Positions 13,351-26,109 of a stretch of 64,000 nt of DNA are shown piece by piece. Origin of the DNA: Podarcis tiliguerta. Lineage: Eukaryota. Made by a program: the position numbers and the translations under genes. Below the pieces are notes generated by a model. The model made no database searches. It worked only from the letters and a program-made list of their open reading frames with translations, and had not been told where the DNA came from. The stretch lies in NCBI GenBank assembly GCA_965153285.1, contig OZ229119.1; one strand, 5' to 3'. Position 1 is the stretch's first letter; each line of letters begins with the position of its first letter.

Positions 13351-13974
13351 ATAAACAAGTTGATGTTTTGGTAGTTGTATGCTATGCAGATATTTTAATC
13401 TCTCTTGCTTTTAAGTTGAACTATGCAAATATTTAGCCTCCTGATCAGAAAATATAATCATTTTCCTGGGGGACCACAGTTTGCTTGGTATTCTAAGAAT
13501 TTCAACATTCGTATTTTCAAAACATCTAACCTGTTAATGACTGCACTGTCTTCCACAGGCAGACTTCTGCTTACATGTGGTTTTTAGGATTACATCTGCA
13601 GCAGCATTGCATTGCTCTAACAAAGTTTTTGCTTGTTTGTTTTTGTTTTTCACATCCGAGCTTTTAAGAACAACAGATCTGTCCTGCTGGATCAGACCAA
13701 AGGATAGGCTACGTGTCCATTCCCAAACATTTAGCTGACCTTGAATTTAGTTTATTTACTTATACTAGCCTCCTGCCAACTGGCACCCTCCAGATGTTTT
13801 GGCCTGCAGCTCCCATCAGCCCCTGGCATCTAGGGAGCACCTGGTTGGCAAAGGATGGCTTATACTGCACTTTCTTGTTAAGACAATCACAGTGCCTTAG
13901 GTTCAAGATACAACAGAACAAAATCAAGAGCAAGAAACCCATTTGCTTTGTTTGCAGTTTAACAGCGAAATAGA

Positions 13975-14127
13975 CTCCTTCAGAAGGTGGTGAGCACTCC
14001 TTCTTTAGAGGTTTTTCAATAGAGCTTGGATGACCATCTGCCAGGCATTCTTTAGCTGTGATTCCTGCACTGCAGGGGGTTGACCCTTGGGAACCATTCC
14101 AACTCCAAAATCCTACGAGTCTATGAT
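13975..14127 (+). mobile_element. Older CR1 3' end
   Basis: ctccttctttagaggttttt...cagggggttga...ttccaactc...tctatgat. Confidence 0.75.
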
Positions 14128-14356
14128 AACTCCTTGGCAAGACATGAATCTTGCTCTTTAGACAGAAATACCAACAATTGCCCATATTGCCAGTAAGAAG
14201 AAGCTACCTAAAAATTAAAAAAGAGTGGAATCCTTAGTACATTTGCACCCAGTGATCTTAAGTACAACAAGATACGGATTGAAGACTTGAAGCAGACTTG
14301 AGCTTAGGATTTCTTATAGTGATCTACCCAGGACAGTGGGCATGTAGATCCTAGAA

Positions 14357-14491
14357 CAGGCTTCCTCAACCTCGGCCTCCAGATGCTTTTGGCCTACAAC
14401 TCCCATGATCCCTAGCTAGCAGGACCAGTGGTCAGGGATGAGGGGAATTGTAGTCTCAAAACAACTGGAGGGCCGAGGATGAGGAAGCCCA
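14357..14491. mobile_element. Palindromic hAT-type MITE
   Basis: Long internal inverted repeat, 8-bp TSD TCCTAGAA at 14349-14356 and 14492-14499. Confidence 0.88.
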
Positions 14492-14527
14492 TCCTAGAAC
14501 TTTCTCCAGAAGCTGAAGGCATTGGAG

Positions 14528-15016
14528 CAGTGGTTCCAGAACTTTTTCCCCACGTGGACCACTTGAAGATTGCTGAGGGTTTTGGAAGACCATTTACTTA
14601 CTTACTTACTTACTTACTGTTGTAGCAATTGCTTGTTTAAATATTTATATTTTATTGAAAATTTTCAGGAGAGAAAGTGAAAAGGGTGGAGAGAAGTTAA
14701 AACAAAACGAAAGAGAAAACTGTGGTACAATACAATATATGGGTATATAGGTAGTATGATTGTTCTCATGAATATAAACTGTTGTAGCAATTGTAATATG
14801 TGTGCAAAATGTTATTTTTATTGCTTCTTTTTTTCCCCTGTATTGCATTTTATAGTATTACAATTTGAATTCCATAGAATATAATTTAAAATCAATATAA
14901 GAAATAAAAGAAGCAATAACAGTACAATTAAAAAAACAATATGAATATTTAATGTGGACTCAGACTAGCTGAATGAATCTCTTGGTGGTTTGCCGACCAC
15001 CATTTGGGAACCCCTG
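14528..15016. mobile_element. Non-autonomous hAT element carrying a nested insertion
   Basis: TIRs CAGTGGTTCC / GGAACCCCTG, 8-bp TSD CATTGGA(G/C). Confidence 0.8.
14632..14777 (-). mobile_element. Probable retroposed 3' fragment with 16-bp target-site duplication
   Basis: ACTGTTGTAGCAATTG at 14616-14631 and 14778-14793; AATAAA near the minus-strand 3' end. Confidence 0.7.
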
Positions 15017-17632
15017 CATTGGACTGGCAAGATAAGAACACTGCCAAAAGTCTTGACTTTCTGTTTTGCCTGAATCTTCTGCCTGATGAATGTACATATG
15101 GTGGCATCTTCTAAATGTAGACCATTGGACCATTCTCATGTTTTACTGAATCTCTAAATCAGATGAAAGGAGCTTGTGCCCTTTAAAATATTATTGGATA
15201 TTTTGTAACATCTTAAAAGAGCTAGGCCACTGTTTTTAGCATTTTTTCTGTGATATTTATTTGAGCTAAAGCTTTCTGGTCCTGTGTTAGTGCCAAAGGT
15301 CAGCCCTGCAACATGCAAAAGCTCAGATAAACTATCTTATACCTCTAAGGAAGCAAAACCAACCCCCACATGTCTGAGATTAGTGCGGTTCACCCTTTCT
15401 TTTCATGAAACAGTTTGAGTTTCTCTTGAATTTAGGGCTCCAATCTACCTTCTCTCTTTCTAATAACATTGGCTGAGGCAAGAATTCTAAGCACTCTTGT
15501 TGGATTTACAATATAAATATCAGTATCTTTGGAGTTTTTCAAAGAATGCTATGGTTGATTTTTTAAAATATGGAAAGACAAAAAGTATCACTAGTCTTGA
15601 TTTTACATTATCTTTGGATGTTAGTCTTTTGTTTCATTTTGTATTTTTAGAGCATGACCCCAGTGACACTTATTCATGTGATTTGAAAGTAATATATAGC
15701 CATGTTGGTTTTGTGTCTTTTATAAATCAATAAGCATCATTTTATAAAAGTATCATTGGTATCACTTCAAAGAGCAAATAAAGATATTAGGTTGTATCCA
15801 ACTAAGTTATACTCAGGGAAGACCCATTGAAATCAATGAACCTATGTTAGTTATGTCTGTTAGCTTCAAGTATGTCTGGCATTGGATATTACACATTATG
15901 GCTACTTTCAGTTATTGTTTTCAGACATTAATAACTAGACTTCCTAAACTATTATTTTATCTCCTCCAAAAGCAGAACTTGTTTTTGAATCTTCAAAATC
16001 TAATTTTACTTAGAGATGGTTCACAAAATCTATAACGTACAATTAGCTACTGGAAACTGCAAGAAATGCATTCTTTGTTGATTCCAGATCTGTGTGCCAA
16101 ATTGCATAAAACTGGCCATTTATAATATTGCAGTGGCAGCATTTCTATAAGGTTTAAGATCTGTGCCTCGGAATGTGATGAAAAGTGTTTTTAAAGAAAC
16201 CTTCCAAGACAGAAGGGAATCTTTTACTCAAGAATCACAGTCCTGTAGCTTTGTTTCTTATTATCTAGTGTGAGCTCACACAACAGAGCCCTGCACATTG
16301 AAATATTTTCTCATTTTAAGGAATTAATGGCTCTCCACCAGCCCTTTAACATGTAAAATGAGTAGGCTACTTGTGTCCAGTACATCCAAAAAGAGCCAGG
16401 ATAAAATAAACATAAGGAGTTAGATATCTTGGAAAAAATCTGTCATGGGTTTGGGTTAATCATCTCCAGAAGAAATTCAACTTGATGCCTGAAATGTAAG
16501 ACTTCTTGGAGAACGCAGCAAAGCCTGAGGCAGTGTTGATCTGAAGGAGTGCTCTCCATGGGTCAGAGCTGCCTTGCTGGCAGAGTGCAAACCCAGTTCA
16601 CAACAGCAGTGCTCTCAAAAGTTGTAAGGCAGCAGGGTCCATACACTGCACACACTGGAGCTTCAGTTACATAGTTGAAGTTGTCTGCTTTCTCATTGTT
16701 TAAAACAAAATTTAAAAATAAAATCTGTGCCTGATTTTCTAATCTGGCCGTGAATAATAAATATATATTCAGATAGCTATTATTAGAGAATAGAAGTGTA
16801 GTTTAAGCACCAAGTTCAAAGTGAAGGGATGAAATATCATCATGGTATGCTAGAGGTAATAGTATAAAACTGTATTGTGATTTGAGGAAAAAGTTATTTT
16901 AATCAACGCTCTAATACAATGGTTCCCAACCTTTAGGTGTATGAGGACCCCTTTTTAACCTCAAAAATGTTTGTGGAGCCCTACATGCTAATGCTTGTAA
17001 TTTAAGGCTCTCTGTTTTGGAGTCTCACACATTTGTCTATAAAACAGGTAGTTGTGCCTGGTTGTTTAAAATTTTAGGGGACCATTTATTATCTTTACCG
17101 GTGATGCAGTTAGTGATCTTAGTACTGCAGCCTTAGGATTACTAGGTTTCTTGCAAAAGCATTTTCATTCTTAAACACTCCCCCCCTACTCTGATCAGCT
17201 CAGTGAAGCTTATAGACTCCTGTGTGTTGTTAGGTGCCTGCAGACCTCAATGACCTTTGCCCTTCGTTGCTCTCATGGGCAGGATCCACTTTCCTCAAAG
17301 AGGGAAGGACAACTAAATGTCTTAGGCTGTGCAGCACCTCCAACCGGCCCATAAGAGAAATGAAGTCATAAGTCATAAAAAGTCTGTTACAGTGTGTCAG
17401 GGGTGAAACTTGGGCAAAAGGTAAATATGGGGGAGAGAAAGGGCTGACCCAAGACTCTCAAAGTACTATAGAGGCTAATGGAAGACCAAGAAGAAAGGGT
17501 GACTGCAACAAATATAGGAAGTAGAAGTTGCAATTTGACTGCAGTGAGCCTGCAAAAAACAATGCTAATACAGATGTAGACTGGGAAAGATATCTGTCTT
17601 GTTGGAAATGGAATGTCTTCCTATGCAGAAAG

Positions 17633-17658
17633 ATTAGATAGATAGATAGATAGATAGA
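17633..17658. repeat. (GATA)n microsatellite, interrupted
   Basis: Read directly. Confidence 0.9.
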
Positions 17659-19533
17659 CACGCTATAGTTAGACGATGAATTGGTTGGTTCTTCCTTGTT
17701 AGTATTATGATATTTAGTTTTTAAATTCAAAACCAAAATAAATTTTCCTTCTATAGTTCTTTCCTGTGTTACTGGCTAGTGACACAGAAGTACTTCCATG
17801 TTTGAGAATAAGGGATGGCACATGCAGCCTAATTGTTTTCATATTTACAGGAATATATAAATTTAGTAGGTCTTATTCTCTCAGCAGTCTCAGAGAAGTC
17901 ACAGTATTGTTCACATGTACCTTTCTATATTACATTTTCAGATATCAGACTTGGGGAATGCTCCCATACCTCTTATTTTATAACGTGGTACTTGGTTTTC
18001 AGGTGCATGAGCAGTATAAAGATGGTACCTCTCATTGTCCCAGGATCAACTTGCAAAATTGTGTCCGGGAGGATTCATAAGATTCGTTAAATCAGATTAT
18101 CTATCTTAATTATAGTAGCATATCAGTCAAGCTAAGACAAAGACTGTTTTCAGGTGTAGTAATGTCCACTGAGTGAGCACTTCTGTCAGCACTGAAAGCC
18201 CAGCATGCATACTTCTGCATTTTGTAATGGCTCCACCATCAAATGCAAGATTGGGCATGCTTACTCAGAAGTAAATCCAGTGTTGCCATTCCACTTGCAG
18301 AATGTTTTTTGATCCAGCAGAAGTGCCTAAAAGGGAAGGCATTTTTTGTCAATTTCTAGTGCAGCCCTCTGTACTATTCTATGGTGTTCCAGACAGTTTC
18401 CCAATTGTCTGGAGCTTATTTTCAAGTGTGAGGAGGAGACTGTAGCAGAAAGCAGAAAGCTTTCTGCCTACTCTTCTCAAATACTAGTAGAGGTCTACTG
18501 GATCAAACAGAACGGCAGCATTTGATGTCGCCCACTAGGTCCAGTGGAACTTACTCTCTTAATCAGTCGCCTGCAATCCTAAATATACTTAAGCCAGAAA
18601 TTGCATTTTAAAAAATGAATCATGCTTTTTTTATTTTTCAGTAAACAAGCTGCTATGTTCATTGGTAGGAGTGTATGTGGTTTTTCCTGCCACTACAGAT
18701 CACAATTTTAAATTTTAAACAAACATTGTAGATCAGGCAATACAAAAGATTTGATTTTGATTGTTTTGAATGTACTTCCTTTTTCACCAATTTGTTCCTC
18801 ATGGTATGAAGTTCAGTGATTTTTCCGTACCCCCACACAAAGAATAGATAGAAAGGGAAGGAAGAATGTTAAAATATTTTATACTCCATAAGGCAGTCAT
18901 TTGGAGAAATAAATCGCTGAGTGCTGAAGCATTTCGAATCCTTTTCATCTGACCAGTCGGTGACCTGATAACTATTTCCTGCCCCTAAATAAGGTTGTGA
19001 CCTAGGTCTTAGAGTGCAAAAGACAGATAATTTTAGTAACAACTTAAATTCAAATAGGTTTGGCTCAGGGGAGAATGTGCAGGGGACAGATGAGGAAGGA
19101 TAGGGTGTTTGGCAAGAAAGATTGAATAAAGTATTACAATGCTTGGACTTCTTAAATACAAATTCTTAAGTTCTTCTTAAATACAAATACAAATGTCACT
19201 GTATTTTTCCTCAGCTCATTCATTGTCTTTCTTCCTACACTCTGCACAGTCTCAGTGAATGAAGAAATGCTTTGATTAGTTATTTTAAGTCCTATTTTCA
19301 CACATAAAGGTCAGTTATGGAAACTCCCGCTAGAAAACTGAGGGCCACAGTAGACGGGACATCATTCATGCAGTTAGCAATTCTTTGAATGGTGAGGCAC
19401 AGGTCCTAATCCAGACCATCATCCTATTGCATGGAATGAGGCTGCTTAACCCCTTTGCTTTACTCTGGTCTAGTCTGGATTGGAAACCTGTGCCCACTAT
19501 TTGTATTGGAAGAAAAACTCCTGTTTGTGGCAA

Positions 19534-19674
19534 TTGTTGTTGTTTAGTCATTTAGTCATGTCCGACTCTTTGTGACCCCATGGACCTGAGCACGCCAGGC
19601 ACACCTGTCTTCCACTGCCTCCCACAGTTTGGTCAAACTCATGTTGGTAGCTTTGAGAACACTGTCCAACCATC
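19534..19674 (-). mobile_element. BovB (RTE) LINE 3' end
   Basis: (TTG)n tail, then tagtcatgtccgactctttgtgaccccatggac...ctgtccaaccatc, the typical reverse-complement BovB terminus. Confidence 0.88.
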
Positions 19675-21554
19675 GTTAGTGGTAATAATAGGACACAATT
19701 AGCAGACATGTAGGGCCCATGGATGGGACTGTAGCAGGAGCAATGCGTTAAATTCTCATTACCACCCACACCAGCACATGGGGGTGAGGTCATGTCTGCT
19801 ATTTACTTTTTAAAACTATTCACACCCAGTTGCTAATTATGTGAATGGTGTCTTGTCAAATCTGGCCCCAAATATGCATTCACATTTAAGAAAGACATAT
19901 AGTTCCCAATCGTAGATTGGTAACCCTAGCATTCATATTAACTATTATTTGGCATTCATAAAGAAGGTAGCTAAACAGTAGTTTAAAAGTGGAACTTCCC
20001 ACACTCTTTTAATCTGCACTGTGTGAAGCATGGTTGTGTGGAATGAGAATTTTAATCTGCATTGGAGATTGTGGATATAGAACTATGATGTGGATGCTGC
20101 ACTAAATCAATCTAGAATGGAAAGCTATATTCTTGTGTGTGGAGCTTAATTATTTCACGTAGAAAGTGTTGGCAGATGGACAGGATATAAATGATGAAAA
20201 TATATTTCGCAAACACATGTTGGTGTGTACAAATTCTCAAACAGTTCATATATTATTGAGATCTTATTGCTGCCATTGACATGTTGCTGCTGCTGAGATT
20301 ATGTCATTTATCATCCCACTGACTTGGTCTGTGGTCTGTTTTAGATACACTTACCCTGTGACCATGCAGCACAGAAAGAAATGTCTGCCTCCCACTTAAG
20401 AACACTTAACTTCCTCCAACATGCTTAAGTTGACACATCCTTGCATTTTGCATAAACTGGAACATCTTTGTATTCAGCAGTGATCAAACATTGTCAGCAT
20501 TGTCTATTTTCGTAGTGCTAATCATCTGTTCAAACACACATGTACAGCGAATAGTCAGCTGACCATCTGTCAGGGAATGCATCCAGTGTGGCTCATGTTT
20601 GGGTACTAGATGCCGTGTCTTTACATGACCCAGTCCTGATCTCTTTTGCTAGAACAATCCTCCTATGTAGTCCTCCTACCTTACCTCTTAATATGCTCCT
20701 GCCTTAGTACCTACAGTAATATTACGTGAATGGATTAGGACATGGACAATCCTTATATGGGCATATCACAATGTGATTGACTGCAAGTTTTATGGGGGGA
20801 GGGTCTGATTTTTCTATCCCCTGGATGGTAACTATAGCATTATGAAGGACTGATTGTCCTAATGAGGTCAGAGAGCTACAGCATTCCCAAAAGGTTGTTT
20901 CCTTTTGACATAGTTTTTAATATTGAACACAAGCTAATGCTCTTTCTTTTTGTAACTAATAAAGTTGTGGAACACCCACATATTACAATTTCTTTTGATG
21001 ATGTGAAATGTTATTTTAAACAAAACGCTGTGAGAAGACTGCAAAATTGAAGCCTAGATATTGAAAATGTGGTGCTGTTAAATAAAAGGAACAAAGTCAT
21101 ATACCTTTTACACTTTTCAGTTAATCTGCACAAATAGAAAGTAAGTACACTAGATTTAGAAACTTTTATGAGAAATTGTAGGCATGGTTACAAATGATTC
21201 AGATATTTAATAATGGGATTGTACAGCAGTATAACCCCTTGACATTTCTCTAATAAGTGCTAGTGCATGTATTATATCTAATGTACACTTCCCAAATTAA
21301 AATCCTTCGCATTGGAAACTATTAACATGTGCAGTCTGCAAACTACTAGGAAGTCATGCCAAATCAACTAGTTCATTTGGACCTGAACAGCCTTTATGGC
21401 CACTATCTACAGATCTTCAATATAAATATGCACATAAAAGGTGTAACTTCTGCTGCTGAACCCTTTTCATTGATTGGCTGTTATATTTTAATTGTGGTTT
21501 ATCATAATTGTTGTTGTAATTTTTATATTGATCTAAGGTCCTTAAGATCAGATA

Positions 21555-21920
21555 GGGATGCAGGTGGCACTGTGGGTTAAACCACAGAGCCTAGGACTTG
21601 CCGATCGGAAGGTCGGCAGTTCGAATCCCCGCAACAGGGTGAGCTCCCGTTGCTTGGTCCCAGCTCCTGCCAACGTAGCAGTTCAAAAGCACGTGAAAGT
21701 GCAAGTAGATAAATAGGTACCACTCTGGCGGGAAGGTAAACGGCGTTTCCGTGTGCTGCTCTGGTTCACCAGAAGTGGCTTTCTCATGCTGGCCACATGA
21801 CCCGGAAGCTGTCTGCAGACAAACGCTGACTCCCTCGGCCAATAAAGCGAGATGAGCGCCGCAACCCCAGAGTCGGCCACGACTGGACCTAATGGTCAGG
21901 GGTCCCTTCACCTTTACCTT
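21555..21920 (+). mobile_element. Sauria SINE (Squam1/POM-type), full length
   Basis: tRNA-derived head with B box GTTCGAATCC, (ACCTTT)n tail, 10-bp TSD TAAGGTCCTT at 21534-21543 and 21921-21930. Confidence 0.93.
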
Positions 21921-22139
21921 TAAGGTCCTTTGGGGTCAATATAAGTGCAATCTAAAAGCAAGATAAATAGATAAATAACACACAAAAACCCCAACAAACC
22001 AGGGCACTAGCAGGGTCAGTTTTGACTTCCATCGCATGTTTAAGGGTGGGGAGGATAAGGAAGGCCTGAACTGACTTTGCCTCTCCAATCTGGTGATAAG
22101 CACTTTCAACCCTTAGTGTGTACTATCCATTTATTATGG

Positions 22140-22247
22140 CAGGGATGGGGAACTTGTGGACCTCCTAGATGTTTTTGGAATCCGTCTCCTGTCAGCCATA
22201 GCCAGCATGGCCAATGGGTACAGAAGGCCACAGGTTTCCCATCCCTG
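22140..22247. mobile_element. Older hAT-type MITE, internally deleted
   Basis: cagggatggggaacttgtgg ... ccacaggtttcccatccctg inverted termini. Confidence 0.7.
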
Positions 22248-22291
22248 TGTTGGCAGATGCACACATGGACCCTGGTCCAATATGAATCATC

Positions 22292-22474
22292 TAAGAGCTG
22301 TTCGACAGTGGAATTTGCTGCCAAGGAGTGTGGTGGAGTCTCCTTCTTTGGAGGTCTTTAAGCAGAGGCTTGACAACCATGTGTCAGGAGTGGTCTGATG
22401 GTGTTTCCTGCTTGGCAGGGGGTTGGACTTGATGGCCCTTGTGGTCTCTTCCAACTCTATGATTGTATGATTCT
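22292..22474 (+). mobile_element. CR1 LINE 3' end, young and 5'-truncated
   Basis: RAVRQWNLLPRSVVESPSLEVFKQRLDNH plus CR1 tail. Confidence 0.92.
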
Positions 22475-24823
22475 TATGGCAGGTTTTAACCTGTCTGGCA
22501 CAGCTTTCCAAATTTGAGGGTATCTGATCCAAGATGCAGAGTATCAGATCCAGTTCTGTGTGCAGAACCCTTCTTCCATATGTGGATTGTTTGTGCTACA
22601 TCAGGCCAACTGTCAATGAGGTCCATTGCAAAATATATTGAATATATCAGCCATGTTTATTGTCCTTTTTCCTCCACATCACTAAGACCTTAACTGCAGA
22701 TACACATTTCTTTTTAAATAGTTGCCTAACAATTGTGCAGATGGTGAACAGTCCATTATAGTAAGGAGATATTTCTTACTGAAGTGAATAAATTAATCAC
22801 AAATTCATATATTTTGAATTATTAGCTTGTGTCAAAGTGGAAACAAAGAATATTCATTTTTAAATGTATGATACAGGTAAGAAAATTAAAAAGGAATTAA
22901 AGAGAATATATGGTTTATGCTGTCAGCAAAGGTTTCTTGTTTAACCTACAGATGACCTGGCCTTGTTTGTTCAGATGACAGCTCTAAAAGTGTACAGGGA
23001 ATATTCTCTTGTAATACAATGATTTGCCGCAAGCCCTGACCTCAGTGACTGTCAGGGAGCAGGTCTGAATTGGCCCTTTCTCTGATATCGTGACACTGCT
23101 TCTGTTGCCTCGATTGTGACCTCTGATTGAAAGATACCCCTGGGACTTCTATATAATAAGCATGACTCCTGACTCTTAGCCAGGTCTGCTTTCTTAGATT
23201 TTTGTCAGACTTTCCTAGTAGTCCAGGCTATATATGCTACAATTTACTTGAGCTGTCACGGTGCTCTGTAACCGGTGCGCTCTTTGAAATTGAGGAGGTT
23301 TTTAAATCTGCATTTTGCAAATGGGAGTATATCATAGTCATGTAATATATAAACAACTTTCTTGTTAGGTATCCATTGCAAAATGCATATTAAGATTTTA
23401 ATGTGTGTGTTTGTTTGTTTTTACTTTTTCCTCAAATACTGCATAGAATGCATTACCTGTACCTTTAACAGCAGTCATCCAAGTATTATAGTTCAAATGT
23501 TGCTAAATGCATCTTTTTTTTGGCATCCATCCCCTCTGGTGCCATGCAAATTATCTAACTTACTCCACTGTCCGTAGTAAATCTTTGAGTATAGTATAGC
23601 TAACCACATTGCCTAAGTAGCAAATTACAATGTTTTAGCTACACTGCCACTCATTCATTGTTTAACCTCGTATCATAAAGTGCTTCTTTCTTGCATAATG
23701 AAAATGGTTCTATTATGATTTTCTACAAATTTTTCTCATCATGACTCCTTCTACTTCCACCATATGTGCTCCAGTTTCACACTCCCTTTGGCTCTTCCAC
23801 CACAACAGCCAAAGAATGCAAGGCATAGACAATACAAATATGGATGCTCTGGTGGCTCTTAGTATCTGCTGTTGTTGCAAATCATAAAACCGGCATGTAA
23901 GTGTCATTGGGCCAGTTCAGACATACATTCCCTTCTTGCTAGACCATAGCATACCCGCCTCCCTTTGCCTCCTGTGGTCTAATGTCTGTTCCCTAACCAG
24001 AACCATAAATCTATTCAAACCATAGTAAAGTGACACTAAACCACAGTTCCCTCTTACATAAAGGAAAACTGTAGTTTAAACCAACCAGAATTGGCATGCC
24101 AGTGAGGGGAGGATGAGGGGGGAGCCCATGTTTCTGGTGATTACTCACAACTTTCTAGGTCCTGATTTATCAAGCTGCACTGCGGTCAGTTTGGCATGAA
24201 TGCTTTCTTTATCAAAGAAATTATATTTAATAAACATTTATATTTTAGTCAAGTCTTTATGCTTTTCAACTGGTTCACTTATGCTTTGGCTGTTCCTCCA
24301 GGTACAGGAGTCTTTCTGAGCTTTTGGGTTGGGTACACTACAACATGGGCATTATTATGTGTAAAGAAGCAGCTCCTATATTTTTCTGCTTTAATGAGAC
24401 CCATGATCTCTGAAATTTCAACATGAATATTCATGATCAGGGATCTATTCACAGATAATATTCTGCAAGCACACTGCATTTTTCTTGTTTACTCAGACAC
24501 AGGAGTGATTCCTGAAAGTGCAAAAATGTGTACCGTTGCAAAATCATTTGCACTACATGCTTTGTACATGAAGTATCCACAATTGTTGTTTTAACTTGTG
24601 AATGGCTAACACGTGGCCCTTCACATGCTTTGAATTCTAGCTCCTAGAATTGGTCAGGGATGGTCACAGGTTAGCTATTCCTGGTTTAATTATACATTAA
24701 CATATATTGGACTAATGGGAGTAGCTGTTTGTAATAAGCGTAAATGATGTGCATATATTGTATATATTGTATTATTGTAATTATCCCTATTTCACAGTAT
24801 GCCGTAATGACCCGGAAAAATTA

Positions 24824-24975
24824 CTGTATTTTTCCGTCTATAAGACGCCCTCATGTATAAGACGTCCCCTATTTGGGGGAACTCCGATTTAAGAAAATGG
24901 GGGGAGATGTATCCATGTATAAGATGTCCCCAAAATTTTAGGGGGGGAACTAGTTTTATACACAGAAAAATAGGG
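24824..24975. mobile_element. Tc1/mariner-type MITE, second family
   Basis: Imperfect TIRs CTGTATTTTTCCGTCTATAAGAC / GTTTTATACACAGAAAAATAGGG with TA flanks. Confidence 0.75.
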
Positions 24976-25590
24976 TAATTTAGAAAGTAAAGGTACAATA
25001 GAAGAAATACACTGAGTCGATCTGATTTTCCTTTTTATATAAGCACTTTCCTTAATGTATGCTTTATTTTCTAAGACTTCAGCCTGGTGCAAATCACTAT
25101 GATCAAAGTATAAGCCACTTACCTTTTTAAGTAAAACTCCAAATTACTATGCATTGCTTTCAGACCACAAATAAGATTGCCATGATACCTGTCTTCCATT
25201 TTTCTTAATGCAACCTCAAGCCAGTTTAAACAAAAAACAAAAAAACAAACCTTGAACATTAGATCTGAATGCTGGCACAGTGTTAGAGAGATCTGAAATT
25301 CATCCAGGATGCATGGGCTGAATGACTACTTTCTTTATTAATCTTACCCTGGCAGCAGTAGTACTGATGCTTTGTGTGGGAGGTGAATTATACTTATAAA
25401 TCAGAAAAGTTAAACAGTAGTTGCATTTTTAGCATTTGTTCAGTCTCTAGCATATATGTCCATTTTACTCAACCCCTTTTTCCACAGTCACATTATTTGG
25501 TCATTTTATTAACTACTTAAGTTCCAGAAAATATTTTTACTACTATAGGTTAATATTTAACTGTTTGTCCTATGTCACAAAATACCAGTA

Positions 25591-25832
25591 CAGTGGTACC
25601 TCTGGTCACAAACACCTCAGGTTACTAACACTTCGAGTTACAAACTCCGCTAACCCAGAAGTAGTACCTCGGGTTAAGAACTTTACCTCAGGATGAGACC
25701 AGAAATTGCGTGCCAACGGCACGGTGGCAGCAGGAGGCCCCATTAGCTAAAGTGGTACCACAGGTTAAGAACGGTTTCAGGTTAAGAACGGACCTCCGGA
25801 ACGAATTAAGTTCGTAACCAGAGGTACCACTG
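25591..25832. mobile_element. Tc1/mariner (pogo/Tigger-like) MITE, full length
   Basis: Perfect 16-bp TIRs CAGTGGTACCTCTGGT/ACCAGAGGTACCACTG with TA target duplication on both sides. Confidence 0.92.
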
Positions 25833-26109
25833 TAGTTAGAACAGTGTTGAACAATGTTTTTCAACCTATATGCTGGAAGAGTTAATTTCATGATAGAGGC
25901 AGCAAAGCAGGCCCTCTTCACTGCCACTGTAAGTAGGCATACATGTGCTAAATCAGTTGCACTTATATTTGTGAACTGGTCGATTTTTACACACACAGTT
26001 CCCCACTATTCCAGGGGGGTGAATGTGCTTCGTAGCATCAGAGGGGGTGCTATGGGGCAATTGTGTTGCTAACCCTCTGCATTTCAGCACCATACAGTGA
26101 GACAGGGGC

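Noticed and set aside
21555-21640. tRNA-like sequence with B box (also at 30760 and 48792)
   Set aside because: Head of a Sauria SINE, not a tRNA gene.
22278-22291. atatgaatcat before the CR1 resembles the reverse complement of its 3' junction (atgattcttat)
   Set aside because: Only 10/11 nt in AT-rich sequence; too short to separate from chance.
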